This document shows, in pieces, positions 10,467 through 21,956 of a DNA stretch of 64,000 bases. How positions within the stretch are numbered: the stretch's first letter is position 1; every line of letters begins with the position of its first letter. The position numbers and the translations under genes are program-made. Source of the DNA: an uncultured Alphaproteobacteria bacterium (GTDB lineage Bacteria; Pseudomonadota; Alphaproteobacteria; Micropepsales; Micropepsaceae). Location of the stretch: NCBI GenBank assembly GCA_963835715.1, contig CAWIGN010000003.1, positions 258,219-322,218 on the forward strand, written 5' to 3'. The notes below the pieces were generated by a model. The model made no database searches, was not told the origin of the DNA, and saw nothing but the letters and a program-made list of their open reading frames with translations.

Positions 10467-11024
10467 ATGGACAAGAACAAACTGGCGATCTGCGTTTTTT
10501 GCGGCTCCTCCTTCGGCAAGGACCCCGCCTTTCGCGACACCGCGCGCGCGATCGGCGCCGGAATCGCCAAAAGGGGCCATGCGCTGATTTTCGGGGGCGG
10601 CGACCTGGGGCTTATGGGCGATACCGCCCGTGCCGCGCGCGAGACCGGTACGCCGGTGGAGGGAATCCTGCCGGGCTTCCTGCGCGATGCCGAACCGCCG
10701 CTGGCCTTTGGCGAAACCACCCAGATCGTGCCCGACCTTTTCGTCCGCAAGCAGCAGATGATCGCCCGTTCCGATGCCTTCCTGGTGCTGCCGGGCGGGC
10801 TGGGAACCTATGACGAGTTCTTCGAGGTCCTGACCTCGGCACAGCTCAATGTCCATGCCAAGCCCATCATTGTGGTCAATGTGAACGGCTATTTCGACGC
10901 GCTGGACCACCTCGTGCGCGCCAGCATCCAGGCCGGCTTCGCGCGGCAGGCGGTACTGGACCTTTATCGGACGGCCAATAGCGCCGAAGCCGCGCTGGAA
11001 TTGCTGGACCGCGCGCTGGCCTAG
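10467..11024 (+). CDS. LOG family nucleotide phosphoribohydrolase (TIGR00730-like)
   Basis: ICVFCGSS, GGGDLGLMG, PGGLGTYDE. Confidence 0.92.
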   Translation: MDKNKLAICVFCGSSFGKDPAFRDTARAIGAGIAKRGHALIFGGGDLGLMGDTARAARETGTPVEGILPGFLRDAEPPLAFGETTQIVPDLFVRKQQMIARSDAFLVLPGGLGTYDEFFEVLTSAQLNVHAKPIIVVNVNGYFDALDHLVRASIQAGFARQAVLDLYRTANSAEAALELLDRALA

Positions 11025-12629
11025 ACCTCGGCCTGGTCGCGGTAGAGCTTGTAGATGATCGAGTCGGTCAGCGCCTCGAACGAGGCGTCCACGATATTCT
11101 CCGACACGCCCACGGTGGACCAGCGGTTGCCCTTGCCGTCGGCGCTTTCCACCGTCACCCGGGTCACCGCCTCGGTGCCGCTGGTGAGGATGCGCACCTT
11201 ATAGTCCACCAGCCTGAGGTCGGCGAGATAGGACGAATATTTTCCCAGATCCATGCGCAGCGCCGCATCCAGCGCATTGACCGGGCCGTTGCCGCCGCCG
11301 GTGTTGCGGATCTTCTCGCCGGCCACCGTCATTTCCACCGCCGCATGGGCGCGCGACGCCATCTCGCCGCCCTGGTCGCGGACGCTTTCCACCGTGACGC
11401 TGAACCGGTCGACGGTGAAATAGGCCGGCAAGCTTCTTTTGCTGCCGCAGCGCCAGCAATTCGAAGGACGCGGCGGCATCGTCATAGCTGTAGCCCTCGA
11501 ATTCGCGGCGCTTGACGTCCTGCAGCAGGCGGGCGAGGTCGGGCTTTTCGCCGCCGCCGGCAAGCGTGGCCATCTGCGCGGCGACATTGGCCCGCCCCGC
11601 CTGCGCGGACACCGGCATCGACCGCTTGTTGCCGACCGATTCCGGCGGCACATGCTCATAGGTCTGCGGGTCCTTGGCCACCGCCGAAACATGCAGCCCG
11701 CCCTTGTGGGTAAAGGCCGAGGAGCCGACATAGGCGGCGTAGCGGTCGGGGGCGCGGTTGAGGATCTCGTCCAGCAGCCGCGAGACATGCGTCAGCTGGG
11801 TGAGATTTTCCCTCGTCAGGCCGGTCTGGAACTGCGAGGCAAAAGGCTCCTTCAGCATCAGGTTGGGCAGCAGGGAGCAAAGATTGGCATTGCCGCAGCG
11901 CTCGCCCAGCCCGTTCAAGGTGCCCTGGACCTGGCGCACGCCGGCGCGCACCGCCGCCAGGCTGACCGCCACCGCCTGCTCGGTATCGTTATGGGCGTGG
12001 ATGCCCAGCGCCGCGTCGGGCAGCCTGGATTTCACCTCGCTGACGATACGGTAGACCTCGTCGGGCATGCTGCCGCCATTGGTGTCGCACAACACGATCC
12101 ACCTGGCGCCCGCCGCATGGGCGGTGCGGATGCAGGCAAACGCATAGTCGGGATCGGCCTTGTAGCCGTCGAAGAAATGCTCGGCGTCGAACAAGGCCTC
12201 GCGCTTCCTGGCGGCGACGGCTTCCATCGAACGGGCGATATTGTCGAGATTTTCCTCGCGCGAAATCTCCAGCGCCACCTGCACCTGATAGCTGCTGGTC
12301 TTTCCCACCAGGCAGATGGCGTCCACCGCCGCATCCAGCACCGGGGCCAGCGACGGATCGTTGGCGGCGCTGCGCCCGGCCCGCTTGGTCATGCCGAAGG
12401 CGGTAAAACGGGCATGCTTCAAGGGCGGCTTTTCGGCAAAGAAAGCCGAGTCGGTGGGATTGGCGCCCGGCCAGCCGCCTTCGATGTAATCCACACCCAG
12501 GCCGTCCAGCGCCAGGGCGATCTGGCGCTTGTCCTCGACCGAGAAATCCACGCCCTGGGTCTGGGCCCCGTCGCGCAGGGTGGTGTCGAAGATATAGAGG
12601 CGTTCCTTGCTGCCCGAGGCGGCTGTCAT
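11021..12629 (-). CDS. cimA: Citramalate synthase, with an apparent 1-nt insertion near 11431
   Basis: [36 protein letters not shown]; removing one base in AAG AAG CTTG CCG joins the regulatory domain ([18 protein letters not shown]). Confidence 0.88.
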
Positions 12630-13939
12630 CGCTTGACCTCCCAGCTGGTGCCCTGCGGCCCGTCCTTGAGCACGATACCCCTGGCCAGCATCTCGTCCCG
12701 GATGCGGTCGGATTCCTTGAAGTCCTTCGCCTTGCGGGCGGCATTGCGCGCCGCGATGGCATCGGCAACGGCAACGGCGAGGGCATCGTCGATCCGGGCC
12801 GCGATCTTGAGCTGGACATTGGAAAAGCCCAGAAAGCCCAGCCCGCCCGCCAGGGCCGCAGGCCCCGCCTGATGCAGGCTGGCGATGGCGGCGGGCGTAT
12901 TGAGATCGTCCGACAGTGCCTCGAAGAAAGCGGCGTCGGGCGCGGGATTGACCAGCGGCTCGGTCACTTCATACCAGCGTTCCAGCATCTTCCAGCTTTC
13001 CTTCAGGCCCGCGATGGTGAAGTCGATCGGCTGGCGGTAATGGGTGCGCAGCATGTTGAAGCGCAGCACCTCGCCGGGCCAGTCGGCCAGAAGATCGCGG
13101 ATGGTGAAGAAATTGCCCAGGCTCTTGGACATTTTCTCGCCTTCCACCTGCAGAAAGCCGTTGTGCATCCATACCCTGGCCAGCGGGTGGCCGTGATGAG
13201 CGCCCTCGCTCTGGGCGATCTCATTCTCGTGATGGGGAAATTGCAGGTCGATGCCGCCGCCATGGATATCGAACGTCTCGCCCAGATATTCGCCCGCCAT
13301 GGCGCTGCATTCGATATGCCAGCCCGGACGCCCCCGCCCCCAGGGCGAGTCCCAGCCCGGCAGCGCGGCGTCCGACGGTTTCCATAGCACGAAATCCATC
13401 GGGTTCTTCTTGTAGGGCGCCACCTCCACCCGCGCGCCCGCGATCATCTCATCCAGCGAGCGGCGCGACAATTTTCCATAATCGGCCTTGGACGAAACAT
13501 CGAACAGCACATGGCCGTCGGCTTCATAGGCATGGCCCGCCGCGATCAGCGCCCGGATGACGGCGATCATCTGGGCGATATGTTCGGTGGCGCGCGGCGT
13601 GACCGTCGGGGGCAGGTTGCCCAGCGCCGCGACGTCTTCTTCATAGACGCGCGCGGTCTCGTCCGTCAGTTCGCGGATGGAGATGCCGCGCTCGGCGGCG
13701 CGCGCGTTGATCTTGTCGTCCACGTCGGTGATGTTGCGGACATAGGTGACGTGGGCGTCGCCATAGACGTGGCGCAGCAGCCGGAAAAGCACATCGAAGA
13801 CGATGACCGGGCGCGCATTGCCGATATGGGCCAGGTCATAGACGGTGGGGCCGCAGACATACATCCGCACGTTTTTGGCGTCGAGCGGGGCGAAATCGTC
13901 CTTGGTCTTGGTCAGGCTGTTGAACAGGCGCAGAGTCAT
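12626..13939 (-). CDS. cysS: Cysteine--tRNA ligase
   Basis: [24 protein letters not shown]. Confidence 0.97.
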   Translation of the reverse strand: MTLRLFNSLTKTKDDFAPLDAKNVRMYVCGPTVYDLAHIGNARPVIVFDVLFRLLRHVYGDAHVTYVRNITDVDDKINARAAERGISIRELTDETARVYEEDVAALGNLPPTVTPRATEHIAQMIAVIRALIAAGHAYEADGHVLFDVSSKADYGKLSRRSLDEMIAGARVEVAPYKKNPMDFVLWKPSDAALPGWDSPWGRGRPGWHIECSAMAGEYLGETFDIHGGGIDLQFPHHENEIAQSEGAHHGHPLARVWMHNGFLQVEGEKMSKSLGNFFTIRDLLADWPGEVLRFNMLRTHYRQPIDFTIAGLKESWKMLERWYEVTEPLVNPAPDAAFFEALSDDLNTPAAIASLHQAGPAALAGGLGFLGFSNVQLKIAARIDDALAVAVADAIAARNAARKAKDFKESDRIRDEMLARGIVLKDGPQGTSWEVKR

Positions 13940-14002
13940 GACGGGTCCGGCGGAGAAAAGGAAACTAGCAAATTTCGGGCGAGCAGAAGGGTTTTTGCGG
14001 GC

Positions 14003-14047
14003 TTAGCCGCAAATCGAAATCCGGGTAATGACGATAGGCAGCGTCAC
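14003..14047 (-). promoter_or_regulatory. Putative leader peptide MTLPIVITRISICG upstream of cysS-cimA
   Basis: GTG overlaps the gltX TGA; 4 Ile + 1 Cys codons; 7-bp hairpin over its end. Confidence 0.6.
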
Positions 14048-15357
14048 GCGGTTTTTCCTTCCAGGCGCGCCACACAGCGGTCGCGCCCGATCAGAGGTAA
14101 CAGTTTTTTGAGTTCGGGTCCATGCTCCAGCCCCGTCAGCGCCAGCCTTAGCGGGTGAAACAGACCCCGTCCCTTCGCCCCGGTTTCGGCGGCAATTGCC
14201 TTGGTCCAGGCGCCCCAGGTCCCCTCGTCCCAGGGCTCGGGCGGCAGCAGGGCGGCGGCCTTTGCCGCGAGGCCGGCGTCCTCGATCACCGGGGGCACCG
14301 GGCCGTTGACCAGCCGGTCCATGGTCCCGACATCGGACAATCTGGTGAGATTGGGCCTGACGGCGTCCCAGAAGGCTTCCCCCTGCGGGACGCGCGATGC
14401 CACCGCACTGTAGGGCGTGATGTGCAACAGTTTGGCGTTCAGCGCCGCCAGTTCCTCCGGCACGAAATGGGCGGGCGCGCGGCCGATCCTGGCGAAGTCG
14501 AATTCCTGCGCCAGCTCGCCCAGCGACAGGCGCGGCTCCACCGCGTCGGATGTGCCGATCTTGGCCAGGTAGGACGTCACCGCCATCGGCTCGATGCCGT
14601 CTTCACACAGGCTCTCCAGCGACAGCGAGCCCAGCCGCTTGCTCAGCGCCTCGCCCCCGGCCCCCACCAGCAGCGGAAAATGCGCGAAGCCGGGCACGCC
14701 CGCGCCCAGCGCCTCGAACAACTCGATCTGGGCGGCGGTGTTGGTGACATGGTCCTCGCCGCGCACCACATGGGTGATCGCCATGTCGATATCGTCGGCC
14801 ACCGACGGCAGGGTGTAGAGAAAGGCGCCATCCTCGCGCACCAGCACCGGATCGGACATGGTGGCGGTGTCGATCTCGACGGGGCCGCGCACCATATCGG
14901 TCCAGCTCACCTTCCGGCGCGACAGCAGGAAGCGCCAGTGCGGCGAGCGGCCCTCGGCTTCCCACTTGGCCTTGTTGGCCGGGTCCAGCGAGGCGCGGTT
15001 GTAGACCGGCGGCAGCCTGCGCGCGGCGGCGAGGCTGCGCTGGCGCTCCAGCTCGGCCTCGGTCTCGAAGCAGGGATAGACCCGCCCCGCCGCCTGCAGC
15101 GTGTAGAAGGCGGCGCTGTAGCGCGCCAGGCGATTGATCTGGCGGTCGGTGCCGTCATGGGTCAGCCCCAGCCAGGCCAGGTCGCGATAGATCGCCTCTT
15201 CGAACGCCTTGGTGGAGCGCGCCGGATCGGTATCGTCGATGCGCAGCAGGAATTTGCCGCCCATCTTCCTGGCGAACAGCCAGTTGAGCAGGGCGGTGCG
15301 GGCATTGCCGACATGCAGCAGGCCGGTGGGCGAGGGAGCAAAACGGACAACGACCAT
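14044..15357 (-). CDS. gltX: Glutamate--tRNA ligase
   Basis: RFAPSPTGLLHVGN, RIDDTD, RGEDH, LSKR. Confidence 0.95.
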   Translation of the reverse strand: MVVVRFAPSPTGLLHVGNARTALLNWLFARKMGGKFLLRIDDTDPARSTKAFEEAIYRDLAWLGLTHDGTDRQINRLARYSAAFYTLQAAGRVYPCFETEAELERQRSLAAARRLPPVYNRASLDPANKAKWEAEGRSPHWRFLLSRRKVSWTDMVRGPVEIDTATMSDPVLVREDGAFLYTLPSVADDIDMAITHVVRGEDHVTNTAAQIELFEALGAGVPGFAHFPLLVGAGGEALSKRLGSLSLESLCEDGIEPMAVTSYLAKIGTSDAVEPRLSLGELAQEFDFARIGRAPAHFVPEELAALNAKLLHITPYSAVASRVPQGEAFWDAVRPNLTRLSDVGTMDRLVNGPVPPVIEDAGLAAKAAALLPPEPWDEGTWGAWTKAIAAETGAKGRGLFHPLRLALTGLEHGPELKKLLPLIGRDRCVARLEGKTA

Positions 15358-17039
15358 CAGCGCGCATCCCGGAAGGCATTGGTGATCGGATAGCGCCGGT
15401 CGCGGCCGAAATTGCGGCTGCTGATCTTGACCCCCGGCGGCGCCTGGCGGCGCTTATATTCGGAAACATACAGGAGATGCTCGACCCGCTTGACCGTGGC
15501 CGGGTCAAAGCCCTGTGCCAGCGTCTCCTCGAAGCTGCATTCGCGCTCCACCAGGCACTCCAGAATGCCGTCCAGTATGTCATAGGGCGGCAGGGAATCC
15601 TGGTCGGTCTGGTCCGGCTTCAATTCGGCGCTGGGCGGCTTTTCGATGATGCGCTCGGGGATCACGCGCCCCTGCGGACCCAGCGCGCCCGCCGGAGAGT
15701 TCTGGTTGCGCCAATGGCTGAGCCGGAACACTTCGGTCTTGTAGATGTCCTTGAGCACATTATAGCCGCCGCACATGTCGCCATAGAGGGTGGCATAGCC
15801 CACGCTCATCTCGCTCTTGTTGCCGGTGGTCAGCACCATGGGCCCGAACTTGTTGGAGAGCGCCATCAGGATCACGCCGCGCAGCCGCGACTGGATATTC
15901 TCCTGCGTGGTGTCGGCCTGGGTGCCGGCAAAGGGCGCGGCCAGGGTCTCGCCCATCGCGGCAACCGCGCGCTCGATCTCGATGGTCTCGTAACGCACCC
16001 CCAGCAGGCGGGCACAGGCATCGGCGTCTTCCAGGCTTTCGCGGCTGGTATAGCGCGACGGCAGCATGACGCAGCGCACCCGGCCCGGCCCCAGCGCATC
16101 CGCCGCCACCGCCGCCGAGAGGGCGGAGTCGATGCCGCCCGAAAGCCCCAGCACCACGCCGGGAAAGCGGTTCTTGTTCACATAGTCGCGCAGCGCCAGC
16201 ATCATGGCATTGTAAACCTGGGATGAGCGGTCTTGCGGCATTGGCTGCTCACCGGGCGCGCAACGCCATTTGCCCTTTTCGTCGCGCCGCCATTCGCTGA
16301 CCGCGACGCGTTCCTCCCAGCCGGGCAGCGCCAGGGCGACGGCGCCATCCGGGTTCAGCACAAAGGAAGCGCCGTCATAGACCACCTCGTCCTGGCCGCC
16401 CAGCTGGTTGAGATAGATCAGCGGCAGCCCGGATTCGCGCACCCGGCTGGCGGCCAGCGTCAGGCGCACATCTTCCTTGCCCGCTTCAAAGGGCGAGCCA
16501 TTGGGCACGCACAATATCTCCGCGCCGGCATCGGCCAGGCAGGCGGTGACCTCGGCCTTCCAGATATCCTCGCAGACCGGCACGCCCAGCTGCACGCCGC
16601 GCACCGCCAGGGGCCGCGGCGGCGGACCCGCCGCGAACACCCGTTTCTCGTCGAACACGCCATAGTTGGGAAGATCGACCTTGTAGCTCTTGCCCGCGAT
16701 CCGGCCGCCATCCAGCAGCAGCACGGCATTGTAGAGCCGGCCCTCCTCCACCCAGGGCGTGCCCATCAGAATGGCGGGGCCGCCGTCGGCGGTATCGCGC
16801 GCCAGCTCTTCCACCGCGGCGCGGGCGTCCTGCTGCAGCGCGGGCTTGAGCACCAGGTCTTCCGGCGAATAGCCGACGATGAAGAGTTCAGAGAACAGGA
16901 TGACGTCGGTCCCGGCAGCGATTTTCTGAACCTGGGCACGGGCGGCGCGGGCGCGCGCCAGGTTGCCGGCGATGTCGCCCATCACCGGGTTCAGCTGCGC
17001 CAGGGCAATGCGAAAGCGGTCCACGGATCGGTCAGTCAT
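15357..17039 (-). CDS. nadE: Glutamine-dependent NAD+ synthetase
   Basis: Nitrilase domain (CEDIW), SGGIDS, TGNKSE, PPSAEL, SEYKRRQ. Confidence 0.96.
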   Translation of the reverse strand: MTDRSVDRFRIALAQLNPVMGDIAGNLARARAARAQVQKIAAGTDVILFSELFIVGYSPEDLVLKPALQQDARAAVEELARDTADGGPAILMGTPWVEEGRLYNAVLLLDGGRIAGKSYKVDLPNYGVFDEKRVFAAGPPPRPLAVRGVQLGVPVCEDIWKAEVTACLADAGAEILCVPNGSPFEAGKEDVRLTLAASRVRESGLPLIYLNQLGGQDEVVYDGASFVLNPDGAVALALPGWEERVAVSEWRRDEKGKWRCAPGEQPMPQDRSSQVYNAMMLALRDYVNKNRFPGVVLGLSGGIDSALSAAVAADALGPGRVRCVMLPSRYTSRESLEDADACARLLGVRYETIEIERAVAAMGETLAAPFAGTQADTTQENIQSRLRGVILMALSNKFGPMVLTTGNKSEMSVGYATLYGDMCGGYNVLKDIYKTEVFRLSHWRNQNSPAGALGPQGRVIPERIIEKPPSAELKPDQTDQDSLPPYDILDGILECLVERECSFEETLAQGFDPATVKRVEHLLYVSEYKRRQAPPGVKISSRNFGRDRRYPITNAFRDAR

Positions 17040-17072
17040 GACCGGGTTCTAACAGGCTGGCGGGGATGGGTA

Positions 17073-18056
17073 CTAGCGGCGGCCGGCCGCGACACGGGCC
17101 TGCGCCGCGCGCTGCGGCACCGCCACGCCCGAAGCCTCCTCGATCCACAGTGCGGTTTCCAGCGCCTGGGCGGCCTGTTCGGGCGTCACCAGGGCGTCCA
17201 CCCCGGCCTGGACAGCGGCAATGAATCCGGACACCGACTCGCCCAGGGGATCGCCCAGTTCCAGGGCGCCCAGGGGACGCGGCGTGGTGTTGTGCACGGT
17301 ACGGGAGAGAAAATCGATTTCCACCACGCCATCGGCATAGACGGCGCGCAGGCCGCGCTTGCGCTCGGTGGCGACGCGGCTGGTTTCCAGCTTGACGATG
17401 GTGCCGCCGGCGAAACGCAGCAAGGCAAAAACCTCGTCGGCATGGGGGCCATATTCAATCAGGCCTTCGGCGCGCACATCCACCACCGCGCCCGGCACCA
17501 GCGAATGCACCAGGTCGATATCATGGATCATCAGGTCCAGGACCACCGAAACGTCGTCGCCGCGGCCGGTCCAGGGCCCCTTGCGCCAGCAGGTGATTTC
17601 CTGCGGCGCCTCCGCGACGTCCAGCAGACCGGTACGCGCAAAGACGAAACGCTCCTGATGGCCGACGGAAAGGACCCTGCCGGCCCTGCGCGACAGGTCC
17701 ACGAGTTCGGCGGCCTCATCCGTGGTGGTGGCGATCGGCTTTTCCACCAGCACATGGGTGCCGGACTTCAGGAAGGCACGCACAACCTCGGCATGGGTGA
17801 TGGCGGGCGAGCAGACGCTGACCAGATCCACCTTGCCCAGAAGTTCGCGCCAGTCGGCCACCACGGCGCAGCCATGATGGGCCTTGGCCTTGGCCCGCAT
17901 GTCGGCATTGGGATCGGCAATGGCAAACAGTTCGACGTTTTTGCCGGACTGGCCCAGGGCCTTGTACTTGGTGGCGTGATGGTGGCCGAACACGCCGGCG
18001 CCGATAACGGCAGCCTTCAGCGGTCCATTTTCCGGCACGCGGCGACGCAGAAACAA
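17073..18056 (-). CDS. Gfo/Idh/MocA oxidoreductase, GnnA-like (start probably GTG ~18038)
   Basis: IGAGVFG, VEKP, DLMIHDID. Confidence 0.88.
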   Translation of the reverse strand: MFLRRRVPENGPLKAAVIGAGVFGHHHATKYKALGQSGKNVELFAIADPNADMRAKAKAHHGCAVVADWRELLGKVDLVSVCSPAITHAEVVRAFLKSGTHVLVEKPIATTTDEAAELVDLSRRAGRVLSVGHQERFVFARTGLLDVAEAPQEITCWRKGPWTGRGDDVSVVLDLMIHDIDLVHSLVPGAVVDVRAEGLIEYGPHADEVFALLRFAGGTIVKLETSRVATERKRGLRAVYADGVVEIDFLSRTVHNTTPRPLGALELGDPLGESVSGFIAAVQAGVDALVTPEQAAQALETALWIEEASGVAVPQRAAQARVAAGRR

Positions 18057-18166
18057 GATTTGGGAGCCCTCGGTGGAATGAGGCCGCTATAAGGACCTGC
18101 GTTCCGGCAACCCGCCAGCAAACAAATGTTGCGGCTTGTTACCATGTAAATGATTGAAATTATTCT

Positions 18167-18919
18167 CTATTTTTCAGGTGCGGAGGCCATCAGCGAGGCC
18201 AGGGCCGCGACAATCAGGTAGGCCAGCATCAGCGGCGCCAGCCCGATCAGCAGCGCGCCTGTCACGTCGGCAAAGGCGCTGCAATGCAGCCAGGGATAGG
18301 CCGATCCCACGAACAGGAACTGGATACTGACCACCGCCACGATTCCAAACAGGAAAGCCCGCAGGGTCGGGCCCAGGATCTGGGGACGGTCGCTCGCTTC
18401 CAGCCGGATCAATCCGGCCTGAAGTTTCAGCCGCGAGGCGGCGCTGGCGAGGTAGATGATGGCCAGGAGCCAGGCGAAGGCGGCCGCGAAGACCCGGCCG
18501 CCGTCAATGGTGCAGGCCTCCAGCGCCAAAACCAGCGCCCGCTGGCCCGGCACCACAAAATAGATGGCGCTCTGCAGGTACCCCACGACCTCGCGGTCGA
18601 TATTGCCGGGGGCGACAAACGCCTGGTTGAGGAAACTCAGAACGACAAAGATGCAGAACACCGCCTCGTTGAACCCCGGAATGAGGTGATGCGGCTTGAA
18701 ACGCTGCACCCAGGGCGTGCCGCCGACATGGCCCGCCGAAACGCCGAAGCCGCCGATAAACAACAGCCCCATGGCGATGAACAACAGAGCACAGATGCCG
18801 ATGGCGGGCAGCGAGGAGGCCAGGGTCTGGCCCTGCAGCAAGGCCAGGCGCAAACCATGGGCGCCGGCAAAGAGGCAGAAAATGATCCAGCCCTTGGCCA
18901 GCAGTCGCGCGATCCCCAT
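18167..18919 (-). CDS. Hypothetical multi-pass membrane protein
   Basis: About 6 hydrophobic segments; SD upstream; co-oriented with neighbours. Confidence 0.75.
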   Translation of the reverse strand: MGIARLLAKGWIIFCLFAGAHGLRLALLQGQTLASSLPAIGICALLFIAMGLLFIGGFGVSAGHVGGTPWVQRFKPHHLIPGFNEAVFCIFVVLSFLNQAFVAPGNIDREVVGYLQSAIYFVVPGQRALVLALEACTIDGGRVFAAAFAWLLAIIYLASAASRLKLQAGLIRLEASDRPQILGPTLRAFLFGIVAVVSIQFLFVGSAYPWLHCSAFADVTGALLIGLAPLMLAYLIVAALASLMASAPEK

Positions 18920-19001
18920 TTCTTCCCCATACCCGTGCGCGGCGGGTCCGATTGCTTCTTCGCTTCGATCGCGGCTGGCCCGTTACGCGCACAGGCCCGG
19001 T

Positions 19002-20381
19002 TCAGGCCGACGCCGCCAACCCCGCATGTTTCATCCGCTCGTCGCGGATACCCTGTGCGATCAGGAATGCCAGCTCCAGCGCCTGGCTGGCATTGAGACG
19101 CGGATCGCAGGCGGTCTGATAGCGGTCGGCGAGATCGATTTCCTTCAATCCCTGCGCCCCGCCCAGGCATTCGGTGACATTCTGGCCGGTCATCTCGAAA
19201 TGCACGCCGCCGGCATGGGTGCCTTCGGCGCGGTGGATCGCAAAGAAGCTGCGCACCTCTTCCAGCACGCGCTCGACGGGCCGCGTCTTGTAGCCCGATT
19301 TGAGCTTGATGGTATTGCCATGCATGGGATCGGACGACCACACCACCGCCGCGCCTTCGCGCTTGACGGCGCGCACCAGCACCGGAAGCTTTTCGGCGAT
19401 CTTGTCGGCGCCGAAACGGGCGATCAGGGTCAGGCGGCCGGGAATATTCTGCGGGTTCAGCGCCGCGATCAGGCGCAGCAGGTCGTCGGGCTCCAGGCTG
19501 GGCCCGCATTTCAGGCCGATGGGATTCTTGATGCCGCGCATGAACTCGACATGGGCACCGTCCAGCTGGCGGGTGCGGTCGCCGATCCACAGCATGTGCG
19601 CGGAGGTGTCGTACCAGTCGCCGCTGGTGGAATCGATGCGGGTCATCGCCTGCTCATAGGGCAGCAGCAGCGCCTCATGCGACGTATAGAAATCGGTGCC
19701 GCGCAGCTGGGGCACCGAACCGGAGGTGATGCCGCAGGCCGCCATGAATTCGAGCGTTTCGGAAATACGCTGTGCGAGACCTTTATATTGTTCGCCGGCC
19801 GGCGAGTCCGCTATGAAGCCCAACATCCAACGATGGACATTGTGCAGGTCGGCATAGCCGCCCTGTGCGAAGGCGCGCAGCAGGTTGAGCGTCGCCGCCG
19901 ACTGGGCGTTGGCCTGCAGCAGGCGCTGCGGGTCCGGAATGCGCGCCTCGGATGTGAACTCCGCGGCATTGATATTGTCGCCGCGATAGGACGGCAGGGT
20001 GACGTCTCCCTGCTTTTCGAAATCGTCGGAGCGCGGCTTGGCGAACTGGCCGGCAATGCGGCCGACTTTCACCACCGGTACCCCGGCGGCGAAGGTCAGC
20101 ACCACCGCCATCTGCAGCAGCACGCGGAACGTGTCGCGGATATTGTCGGGGTGGAATTCGGCGAAGCTTTCGGCGCAATCGCCGCCCTGCAGCAGGAAAG
20201 CCTTGCCTTCCGCCACCTGGCCAAGCGCAGTCTGCAGGTTGCGGGCCTCGCCGGCGAAGACCAGCGGCGGATGGGTCCGCAGCTGCGCCAGCGCACGCTC
20301 CAGCGCCGCCTTGTCCGGATAGTCCGGCATCTGACGGGCGGGTTTTTCCTGCCAACTCTGCGGGGTCCAGCTCTGGGCCAC
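19002..20381 (-). CDS. Class II DAHP synthase
   Basis: [42 protein letters not shown]; GTG start after GAGGAG. Confidence 0.95.
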   Translation of the reverse strand: MAQSWTPQSWQEKPARQMPDYPDKAALERALAQLRTHPPLVFAGEARNLQTALGQVAEGKAFLLQGGDCAESFAEFHPDNIRDTFRVLLQMAVVLTFAAGVPVVKVGRIAGQFAKPRSDDFEKQGDVTLPSYRGDNINAAEFTSEARIPDPQRLLQANAQSAATLNLLRAFAQGGYADLHNVHRWMLGFIADSPAGEQYKGLAQRISETLEFMAACGITSGSVPQLRGTDFYTSHEALLLPYEQAMTRIDSTSGDWYDTSAHMLWIGDRTRQLDGAHVEFMRGIKNPIGLKCGPSLEPDDLLRLIAALNPQNIPGRLTLIARFGADKIAEKLPVLVRAVKREGAAVVWSSDPMHGNTIKLKSGYKTRPVERVLEEVRSFFAIHRAEGTHAGGVHFEMTGQNVTECLGGAQGLKEIDLADRYQTACDPRLNASQALELAFLIAQGIRDERMKHAGLAASA

Positions 20382-20505
20382 GCCACACTCCTCAAAATAC
20401 AAAATAGGGCCGTGGATATAGGCGATAGGGAGGCATTTTACCAGCACCGGGCTACGCAGGGGTGAACGGCCTGAAACGTCCGAAAAACCTTGACATGGCA
20501 GTGGC

Positions 20506-21906
20506 TTACATGCCCTGCGGGTCCGGCACCTTGCTGTAGCTCTTGGCCCGCATGGTCACCAGCTCCTCGGCGGCGGTGGGATGCAGCGCCATGGTGCCGT
20601 CGAAATCGGACTTGGTGGCGCCCATTTTCAGGCACACCGCCACCACCTGGATGATCTCCGAGGCATGGTCGCCGAAGATGTGGCAGCCCAGAACCTTGTC
20701 GGTCCTGGAGTCCACGATCAGCTTCATATGGGTGCGCACCGGGCGCCCGCCCAGGGTGTGGAGCAACGGCTTGAAGGTGGACTTGTAGACGTCGATCGCA
20801 TGGCCCATGGCCAGCGCCCTGGCCTCGGTCAGGCCAACCGCCGCCAGTTCCGGGGTGGTGAACACCGCGCTGGGCACATGGCGGTGATCGGGCCTGGTGG
20901 GATTGTCGTGGAATGCGGTCTGGACAAAGCACATGGCCTCATGGATCGCCACGGGGGTCAGTTGAATCCGGTCGGTGACATCGCCGATGGCATAGATATG
21001 CGGTGCGCTGGTGCGCGAATAGTCATCCACCTTCACTTCGCCGCGCCTGCCCAGCTCCACCCCCGCCTTCTGGACATGCAGCGCCATGGTATTTGGCATG
21101 CGCCCGATCGCCAGCATGATCTGGTCGCATTCGATCACCGCGCCCGTGCTGGTTTCGGCATGCAGGCTGGCGCCGCGCTTTTCCACCTTGGTGAATTCGC
21201 AGCCCAGCAACACCTCCAGCCCGCGCTGACTCATCGACTCGTGCAGGGCGTCGCGCATGTCGTCGTCGAAGCCGCGCAGCACCTTGTCGCCGCGATAGAC
21301 CAGCGACACATGGCTGCCCAGGCCGTGGAAGATATGGGCGAACTCCAGCGCGATATAGCCGCCGCCGGCGATCAGGATGCGCCGGGGCAGTTCCTTGAGA
21401 TGAAAGGCCTCGTCGGAAGTGATGCAGAGGTTGCCGCCGGGGATGACATGGCTGGTGCCCATCTCCCGGGTCGGGTGGTTGCCGGTGGCGATGAGGATTT
21501 TTTCCGCGGTGACGCGCCGGCCGGCATTGAGCAGCAGCAGGGTATGCGGATCCTCGAACACCGCGCGGTCCTGGAAAATCGTGACCCCTGCCTTCTCGAC
21601 ATTGGTCGTGTACAATCCTTCCAGCCGCGCGATTTCCCGGTCCTTGTTGGCGATCAGGGTCGGCCAGTCGAAGCTGGCCTGCCCGAAATCCCAGCCATAG
21701 CCGGCGGCATCCTTGACGTTCTCGGAAAACTGGCTGGCATAGACCAGCAGCTTCTTGGGAATGCAGCCGCGGATGACGCAGGTCCCGCCCATGCGCCATT
21801 CCTCGGCCAGCGCGACTCGCGCACCGGCCAATGCCGCCATGCGGCTGGCGCGCACGCCGCCCGAACCGCCGCCGATAACAAACAGATCGTAATCGTATCG
21901 GGTCAT
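20506..21906 (-). CDS. gor: Glutathione reductase
   Basis: [26 protein letters not shown]. Confidence 0.95.
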   Translation of the reverse strand: MTRYDYDLFVIGGGSGGVRASRMAALAGARVALAEEWRMGGTCVIRGCIPKKLLVYASQFSENVKDAAGYGWDFGQASFDWPTLIANKDREIARLEGLYTTNVEKAGVTIFQDRAVFEDPHTLLLLNAGRRVTAEKILIATGNHPTREMGTSHVIPGGNLCITSDEAFHLKELPRRILIAGGGYIALEFAHIFHGLGSHVSLVYRGDKVLRGFDDDMRDALHESMSQRGLEVLLGCEFTKVEKRGASLHAETSTGAVIECDQIMLAIGRMPNTMALHVQKAGVELGRRGEVKVDDYSRTSAPHIYAIGDVTDRIQLTPVAIHEAMCFVQTAFHDNPTRPDHRHVPSAVFTTPELAAVGLTEARALAMGHAIDVYKSTFKPLLHTLGGRPVRTHMKLIVDSRTDKVLGCHIFGDHASEIIQVVAVCLKMGATKSDFDGTMALHPTAAEELVTMRAKSYSKVPDPQGM

Positions 21907-21956
21907 TGCGGCCTTCGGCGGAGTATCGGCTTCCATTCGCGGAGCCGGTGCAAGGG

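Noticed and set aside
11400-11460. Programmed frameshift in cimA giving forms with and without the regulatory domain
   Set aside because: A single extra base (CTTG vs CTG) restores QKKLPAYF, and similar indels elsewhere in the window point to sequencing error.
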